The notes beneath the pieces were generated by a model, which searched no databases, was not told the origin of the DNA, and saw only the letters and a list, made by a program, of their open reading frames with translations. 49,371 nucleotides of DNA, taken from NCBI GenBank assembly GCA_046482735.1, contig JAWOEL010000060.1, forward strand, positions 1 through 49,371, in the 5' to 3' direction. Positions 43,347-49,371 of the stretch are shown here, one piece after another (position 1 is the stretch's first letter; each line of letters opens with the position of its first letter). The position numbers and the translations under genes are program-made. This DNA comes from Bacteroidales bacterium. Its GTDB lineage: Bacteria > Bacteroidota > Bacteroidia > Bacteroidales > UBA1715.

Positions 43347-44795
43347 TTAATTAATTTTTTCTTCTATTTCTGAAATTTGATTTGCAAAGTAAACACTTTT
43401 TTCGGGATATTTCAAACTTAATTTTTTGTATATTTCAAGTGCTTTTGAATAATTTTTTTGTGATACGTATATTTTTGCTAATGTTTCGGATAAATATTCT
43501 TTTTCTTCTACGCTATTTTCTGATATATCTTTTGTTTCTTCTTCGGGTGGAGGTGTGTCTTTGAGGCGGGTTTTGAAATCTGGTTGTTTTGCAATGAATG
43601 CATCAATAGGGTTTGATGTATCTAATTCTTTTTCAGATAATTCTTCGTTTTTAAACCACATGTTGCTTGCATGAACTGTTGTTTTTTTACTTTTTTTCGA
43701 ATCTTTTTTTTGTTTGTGAGGGGTATCTGTTTTGCTAGTATTTTCGGTGTTTTTTGAATCAAAATCAAATAAAAAGGGTTCATCGTCTTTTTCTTGTGTA
43801 TGAGCTGCTTTTCTCGTCTGGTTTATTTCTTCTTTTTGCGGTTTTTCGTAAGTTGCATCTTTTACATCTTCTGTATTAGCTAGTTCGATTAATTCGTCTT
43901 TTTCTTCTTCAGGTTTTTCTGTTGTTTTACTTTCTGATGAGTGCACGGCATTATCAGTTGTAGTGTTATTTTTTTCTTCAATTTCTTGAATGCGTTGTAA
44001 AATAATGTCTGCTAATGATTGTTCTTTTTGGTTTGTTTCTTCTTCTGGTGGGGGCGTATCGTGCGAAATGTCGTTTTCTGAGCTTGTTTCAAATTCTTTT
44101 TCCGGTGATGATGTCTCTTTGATCGTTGATTTTTGAGAATTATTTATATTTTCAGTATGTTCTGTTGGTGTTTCTGTAGAGTTTTCAGCTAAAGATGTGT
44201 TGATTTGTTCAACATCGGCGTCATCTTTAATTGTGTTATGAATAACAGAATCTTTTTCTGAGTTTTTTTCGTCAGATATTTTGTCTTTTTGATCTGGGGG
44301 TAGAGAGTCTTGTGTGTGTGTGGCGATTTTTGTTTCTTGCGTATTCGAAATATCTGCTGTGTCTTCGACTTCGTCTTTTTTAGTTGTTTGTGTCGCCGTT
44401 GTATAGGGCAGAGAAGAAGTGTCTACTGAAACTTTATCTGTAATATTATTATCAGTAGAATTATTAGTTTTTTCTATATCACTATTTTCATTTTCAATAT
44501 TCTGATGTGTGTCATCAATTTCATTTTCCGGTGCAAAGGTAACCGGCGTTGTGTTGTTGTGAATTAAGGAAAATAAAATAGATCTGTTGCCTACATATGT
44601 AGCAGCAATTTTAAGTTGTTCGTTGTATCTGATACTTGAATTGTTGTGTAATCCTTTGATGTATAGTAAGTGTGCTGTTTGGAAATACGGATATTGTTTT
44701 ATCACCTCTTCGAGTTCGTGAGTTGATGTAGAATCAATGGATTCGGGGTTCTTTATATATTGTAAAATGAGTTCTTGGTTCATATGTGTTATCAC
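43347..44795 (-). CDS. TPR-containing protein with long acidic disordered central region
   Basis: YPYFQTAHLL; SETLAKIYVSQKNYSKA..IY..L.LKYPEKS.YFA; typical position between lptE and secG. Confidence 0.8.
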   Translation of the reverse strand: MITHMNQELILQYIKNPESIDSTSTHELEEVIKQYPYFQTAHLLYIKGLHNNSSIRYNEQLKIAATYVGNRSILFSLIHNNTTPVTFAPENEIDDTHQNIENENSDIEKTNNSTDNNITDKVSVDTSSLPYTTATQTTKKDEVEDTADISNTQETKIATHTQDSLPPDQKDKISDEKNSEKDSVIHNTIKDDADVEQINTSLAENSTETPTEHTENINNSQKSTIKETSSPEKEFETSSENDISHDTPPPEEETNQKEQSLADIILQRIQEIEEKNNTTTDNAVHSSESKTTEKPEEEKDELIELANTEDVKDATYEKPQKEEINQTRKAAHTQEKDDEPFLFDFDSKNTENTSKTDTPHKQKKDSKKSKKTTVHASNMWFKNEELSEKELDTSNPIDAFIAKQPDFKTRLKDTPPPEEETKDISENSVEEKEYLSETLAKIYVSQKNYSKALEIYKKLSLKYPEKSVYFANQISEIEEKIN

Positions 44796-44824
44796 TTTTT
44801 TATGAAATTAAAAATACAAAGAAA

Positions 44825-45325
44825 TTACCAATTGGCAACAGAATCCATAAATATTTCGGTAATTATTTCATCAATCATTTCCGGAATATATGATTTTTCC
44901 ACACTGTCGCCACCCGATGCTTCAAATTCGCGAGTGGAAGTATATCTTTTTTTGAAATTTTTTGTTGGGTCAATATTATTTGTGTGTTCTATTTCTACAG
45001 AAATTGTAAGTTTGTTTTGGGCAGCTTCCTGACTAGCAGTAACTCCTAAATATGAAACATCATATGTGACAATTTTTCCTTTAAATTCCAGATGACCGTT
45101 TTGGTTTACGTGTTGAAGTCCGGCTTGTGAACGAAATTTATTTTTAAGTTCTTCTGTTATGTCATTGCTTAATGTAGGTACTGTTTGTTGAGATTGATTC
45201 GCTATATGCGATACAGAAAATGTTTGCACTTCAGGAGAAATTGATTTTCCTGAAAGGGAGTAGTTTACGGAACAACTGTTTGTTAATGCACTAATGATAA
45301 TGAGTATGATGCTGATTTTTTTCAT
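44825..45325 (-). CDS. lptE: LptE family lipoprotein
   Basis: Lipobox-like TNSC, YSLSG, C-terminal IF..SVANW. Confidence 0.8.
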   Translation of the reverse strand: MKKISIILIIISALTNSCSVNYSLSGKSISPEVQTFSVSHIANQSQQTVPTLSNDITEELKNKFRSQAGLQHVNQNGHLEFKGKIVTYDVSYLGVTASQEAAQNKLTISVEIEHTNNIDPTKNFKKRYTSTREFEASGGDSVEKSYIPEMIDEIITEIFMDSVANW

Positions 45326-45448
45326 AGGTTTATGTTATTGGCTCATATTTGTCTGATGTAGCTTGTTGTGATTTGTGTGTGTACTAAAATTGTTGCTTTC
45401 ACAATTATCATTGCAATGTGTGCCATAATTGGCTCATAATAGTTCGGA

Positions 45449-46708
45449 TTATTCTTGTATATTATATTCTTTTATTTTTCTATATAAAGTACGTTCAGAG
45501 ATTCCTAATTCTTCTGATGCTGGTTTTCGTTTTCCTTTATGTTTGGCCAAAGCTTTTTTAATAAATTCTTCTTCTTTGTTTGCCAAAGACAGAGACTCTT
45601 CAACAATTTCTTGAGTGTCTTCAATGTCTATATTATCTGAGTGGGGCTGAGATTGTGCTTGGTTATCGTTTTCTTCTTGAAATTGCTCGGGTATATGAAA
45701 ATTCTGAGGAGAAGAACTGTCGTCAATTATTGTATTTAACACATGTTCTTGTTCGTGTGTCATGTGTATATTATGTTCGTTTTCTTGAAAAATAGAATGA
45801 ACAATTTTTTTAAGTTCATTCATATCCTTTTTCATGTCAAATAGTAGTTTAAATAAAATTTCTCGTTCGGATGAGTAATTTGCCTCTTCAGAATTTTTAG
45901 GAATAAGAGCAGGGAAGCGTGTTTCGTATGTGTGTGGTAAATATGTTTTAATAATGTCGTATGTAATAAAACGTTCTTTCTCTATTACAGAAATTTGTTC
46001 GGCAATGTTTTTTAGTTGTCTAATGTTTCCGGGCCATCTGTATTTTAATAGTAAATCAATAGCTTCATTTTGAAACGATAGTTTTGGCATATTATATTTT
46101 TCGCAACTATCATTCGAAAATTTTTTGAATAATAAAAATATGTCATCTTTTCTGTTTCGTAAAGGTGGAATATTTATTGGTACAGTATTGAGCCTGTAAA
46201 ATAAATCTTCTCTGAATTTCCCGTTTTCTATAGCTTTATGAAGATCAACGTTAGTGGCAGTTATTATGCGAACATCTGTTTTTTGAACTTTTGATGAACC
46301 TACTCTGATAAATTCTCCGTTTTCGAGAATGCGTAATAACCTAACTTGCGTACTCAACGGTAATTCCCCAACTTCATCTAAAAAAATAGTTCCACCGTTA
46401 ACAACTTCAAAATATCCTTTTCTGTTGTCTACTGCTCCGGTAAAAGCTCCTTTTTCGTGACCAAATAGTTCTGAATCTATTGTTCCGTCGGGTATTGCTC
46501 CACAGTTAATCGGTATATACTGATTGTGTTTTCGGGGACTGTTTTGATGTATAATTTGCGAAAAAACTTCTTTTCCGGTACCGCTTTCTCCCGAAATTAG
46601 TACAGAAAGATTGGTTGGCGCAATTTGTAATGCTGTTTCAATAGCTCTATTTAATTGAGGTGTATTCCCAATAATTTCAAATCGTTGTTTTACTTGTTGA
46701 ATGTTCAT
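45449..46708 (-). CDS. Sigma-54-dependent AAA+ activator (bEBP) with Fis HTH, no N-terminal sensor domain
   Basis: GESGTGKE, ELFGHEKGAFTGA, FLDEVGE, FREDLFYRL, WPGNIRQL, LGISERTLYRK. Confidence 0.95.
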   Translation of the reverse strand: MNIQQVKQRFEIIGNTPQLNRAIETALQIAPTNLSVLISGESGTGKEVFSQIIHQNSPRKHNQYIPINCGAIPDGTIDSELFGHEKGAFTGAVDNRKGYFEVVNGGTIFLDEVGELPLSTQVRLLRILENGEFIRVGSSKVQKTDVRIITATNVDLHKAIENGKFREDLFYRLNTVPINIPPLRNRKDDIFLLFKKFSNDSCEKYNMPKLSFQNEAIDLLLKYRWPGNIRQLKNIAEQISVIEKERFITYDIIKTYLPHTYETRFPALIPKNSEEANYSSEREILFKLLFDMKKDMNELKKIVHSIFQENEHNIHMTHEQEHVLNTIIDDSSSPQNFHIPEQFQEENDNQAQSQPHSDNIDIEDTQEIVEESLSLANKEEEFIKKALAKHKGKRKPASEELGISERTLYRKIKEYNIQE

Positions 46709-46872
46709 AGACTATTTTTTTTCAAAAATAAGAAATTATTAGATTTTCCGATACCTTTTTTTGTAAAATGATTATCTTTATTTGGCAAGATTATTGTAGT
46801 TTGTGAAACTATTGTTGCGTTCTCATGCAACTGTTTTGTATAATAAGTAGTCAATTAAAAAAAATTATAGTT

Positions 46873-47304
46873 ATGAAAAATATATTATATCTTTTTGTTT
46901 GTATGATGTTTCCGGTATTTGCTTTTGGTCAATGGGGAGATGAAGATTCTAATGATAATCAAATATCACACGATAAACTTGAAACAACTAATGCTGCTCG
47001 AGCTCAGTGGACTGCTGATGTGATAGATGTAGGTAATACATTACATAATCAGCCCATTCAGGCAAAGTTTGAAGTTACCAATACAGGTAATGCTCCATTA
47101 ATTATTTCAAAAGTGGCACCTGCTTGTGATTGTACTGCTCCGGATTGGCCAAAACGTCCTATTATGCCCGGGCAAAAGGCGTATATCGTGTTGGAATATG
47201 ATGCAGAGTCTCTTGGTAAGTTTCAGAAGGGGGCTGTTGTTACTATGAATACAAATCCTTCACAGTATAATATTGTAATGAAAGGTGTTGTGCAAAAAGA
47301 ATAA
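46873..47304 (+). CDS. DUF1573 Ig-like exported protein (start corrected)
   Basis: Signal peptide ending FG-Q; F..TNTGNAPLII..V..ACDCT.P.W...PI.PG. Confidence 0.88.
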   Translation: MKNILYLFVCMMFPVFAFGQWGDEDSNDNQISHDKLETTNAARAQWTADVIDVGNTLHNQPIQAKFEVTNTGNAPLIISKVAPACDCTAPDWPKRPIMPGQKAYIVLEYDAESLGKFQKGAVVTMNTNPSQYNIVMKGVVQKE

Positions 47305-47332
47305 AAAAGCATATCAATGTATTAATCAGGTG

Positions 47333-47368
47333 AAAAAAAGTGGTTTATTCTTGTAACCACTTTTTTTT
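47333..47368. terminator. Terminator after DUF1573 gene
   Basis: aaaaaaagtggtt ... aaccacttttttt. Confidence 0.75.
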
Positions 47369-47445
47369 GTTGTTAATTTTTTGGTTTTTTATTCCCCTTA
47401 CCAAGATTTTTATTACTTTTATCTCTAAATAAATATAGTAGTGTG

Positions 47446-48183
47446 ATGAATGTTTTTTATAATGTAGGATTGTATTTTATACTTATGAAGCGCGTGTTTT
47501 CTAAACCGGATGATTCGCGAGAATATTTTAAATTAATAGGTAAAGAAATAGTAAGTGTGGGGTATAATTCACTTTTAATTGTGTTTATTATATCTTTTTT
47601 TATGGGTGCTGTGATAACTTTGCAGACAGCATATAATATGGAAAACCCTATTTACCCTGATTATTTGATAGGTTTGGGAACGCGCGATAGTGTTATTTTG
47701 GAGTTTTCCTCTACAATTGTTGCTTTAATTTTAGCTGGAAAAGTAGGTTCGAGTATTGCGTCTGAAATTGGAACTATGCGTGTAACGGAACAAATAGATG
47801 CGTTGGAAATGATGGGGGTGAATTCTGCAAGTTTTTTGATTTTACCGAAAGTAGTTGCGTCTTTGTTATCTTTTCCTGTACTGTGTGTCTTTAGTATTAT
47901 TTTTGGTATTGCGGGTGGTTGGGCTGCCGGCGAGTTTAGTGGAGAGGTGCCGAGTGCACAATATATATATGGTATTCAGTATATGTTTATTCCATATTAT
48001 GTGGTGTATAGTTTAATTAAAATGGTGACGTTTGGTTTTATTATTATTACAGTTTCCAGTTATTTTGGATACTATACAACCGGAGGTTCTTTAGAGGTCG
48101 GTAGGTCAAGTACCCGTGCTTTTGTGAGTAGTAGCCTTGTTATATTATTGTTTAATCTTATTCTTACATCTATTTTATTATAA
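47446..48183 (+). CDS. mlaE: MlaE ABC transporter permease
   Basis: AGKVGSSIASEIGTMRVTEQIDALEMMG. Confidence 0.93.
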   Translation: MNVFYNVGLYFILMKRVFSKPDDSREYFKLIGKEIVSVGYNSLLIVFIISFFMGAVITLQTAYNMENPIYPDYLIGLGTRDSVILEFSSTIVALILAGKVGSSIASEIGTMRVTEQIDALEMMGVNSASFLILPKVVASLLSFPVLCVFSIIFGIAGGWAAGEFSGEVPSAQYIYGIQYMFIPYYVVYSLIKMVTFGFIIITVSSYFGYYTTGGSLEVGRSSTRAFVSSSLVILLFNLILTSILL

Positions 48184-48938
48184 TGATAGAACTTCAGCAT
48201 ATATCAAAGTCGTTTCGCGATACTCAAGTGTTGCATGATATTTCAACAATATTTGATGAGGGTAAAGTTAATTTAATTATTGGTGAAAGTGGTTCGGGGA
48301 AAACGGTATTGTTAAAATCAATAGTTGGCTTGCATGAAGTCGATAGGGGAAATGTGTTTTTCCATGGTCGTGATTTTACACTCATGAATGAAAAAAAACG
48401 AAAAGAAATTCGTAAGGAAATTGGTATGGTTTTTCAGGGGAGTGCCTTGTTTGATTCCAAGAATTTGGAAGAAAATGTAATGTTTCCTTTGCAAATGTTT
48501 GCACATATGACTGATGAGGAGGCTCGCGAACGTGCTAATTTTTGCCTAAAACGTGTGCAGGTGGTAGATAAAAATAATTTATATCCTGCTGAAATTAGTG
48601 GTGGTATGAAAAAACGCGTTGCAATAGCTCGTGCAATAGCTCTTAATCCTAAATATCTCTTTTGTGATGAACCTAATTCAGGTCTTGATCCTAAAACTTC
48701 AATAGTTATTGATAATTTAATACAAGAAATTATTACTGAATATAATATTACGTGCGTGATTAATACGCATGATATGAATTCTGTAATGGAGGTAGGTGAG
48801 AAAATTGTATTTATAAATAAAGGACATATGTGGTGGGAAGGTGGTCGTGATGATATATGGCATGCAGATAATAAAGAATTATATGATTTTTTATTTGCAT
48901 CTGATTTAATGAAAAAAATGAGAAAAAAAATGATATGA
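48183..48938 (+). CDS. mlaF: MlaF ABC ATPase
   Basis: GESGSGKT, FQGSALFDS, ISGGMKKRVAIARA, CDEPNSGLDP. Confidence 0.93.
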   Translation: MIELQHISKSFRDTQVLHDISTIFDEGKVNLIIGESGSGKTVLLKSIVGLHEVDRGNVFFHGRDFTLMNEKKRKEIRKEIGMVFQGSALFDSKNLEENVMFPLQMFAHMTDEEARERANFCLKRVQVVDKNNLYPAEISGGMKKRVAIARAIALNPKYLFCDEPNSGLDPKTSIVIDNLIQEIITEYNITCVINTHDMNSVMEVGEKIVFINKGHMWWEGGRDDIWHADNKELYDFLFASDLMKKMRKKMI

Positions 48939-49087
48939 GGTATTTTCGGTTTGTTTGTGTCCTGTTTGTGTCTATTGTGTATGTAAGCGTTTTGTCTGCT
49001 CAGCAGTTCGAGACATATAATGGTAAGCAGGTTGTCGCACGTACTATAATTTTTAAATATCAGTCGCAGCTTAAATCATCACGTTGA
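48935..49087 (+). pseudogene. Truncated N-terminus of a secreted protein (50 aa)
   Basis: ATGA overlap with mlaF; MRYFRFVCVLFVSIVYVSVLSA-QQFETYNGKQVVARTIIFKYQSQLKSSR*. Confidence 0.5.
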
Positions 49088-49371
49088 ACAAATCAATAGA
49101 GGATGCTGATATAAATAAAAACGTGGGTGACGAATCTTAGTTTGGCTAATTTAAAATAATGCTTAGTTCAGAAGCATCGGGTTTTGACAAAATCCTTAAA
49201 GTACCAAGGACACTAAAAATAAAATCCGATTTTTTAAATAGGTAAAGCGGAAACTTACACAATAATATAGGTCTTTCAAAAATTAAGAAAACCCGGGAAC
49301 TCAATTTTTAATGAAAAAGAACTCCATATCCAGTTAGGCAGCTTTACACTTAGCGGGCGCTAAGTTTTGAA

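Noticed and set aside
45411-45426. Sigma-54-like TGGCACACATTGCA upstream of lptE (minus strand)
   Set aside because: GG-to-GC spacing is 8 nt rather than the required 10.

Overview
AT-rich chromosomal window from a Bacteroidota bacterium, probably an anaerobic Bacteroidales/Marinilabiliales-like lineage. The assignment rests on TAnnTTTG promoters, a near-absence of Shine-Dalgarno sites, a T9SS type-B C-terminal domain and the rpsL-rpsG-fusA-rpsJ order without tuf. 1-1.7 kb holds the 3' part of a large T9SS-secreted protein. 1.9-18.9 kb is the str/S10/spc/alpha ribosomal superoperon, including an rpmJ missed by the ORF track, followed by eno. 20.4-28.1 kb is the most interesting accessory block, a 13-gene metallocofactor/Fe-S cluster resembling the anaerobe 'Orange protein' (ORP) system. 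It encodes a DUF134 regulator, 2x NifB/NifX, an FMN-binding protein, 2x DUF5320 micro-proteins (one unannotated), a DUF89 phosphatase, 2x ferredoxin-inserted MinD ATPases, VOC, radical SAM, Mrp and a thioesterase, and has a candidate operator palindrome in its promoter. Then follow a REC-PP2C / TPR-PAS-HK two-component pair, nnr, ftsB, exbBD-tonB, padR-pspC with a clear operator palindrome, tsaE and zupT. Next is an outer-membrane protein whose beta-signal is out of frame at an A7 run. groES-groEL is preceded by a sigma-54-type promoter and TGACA repeats, downstream of a bEBP-lptE-TPR-secG operon. The window ends with DUF1573, mlaEF and a truncated secreted-protein gene. No rRNA, tRNA, CRISPR or transposase was seen. 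All family assignments are from motif recognition, not database searches.
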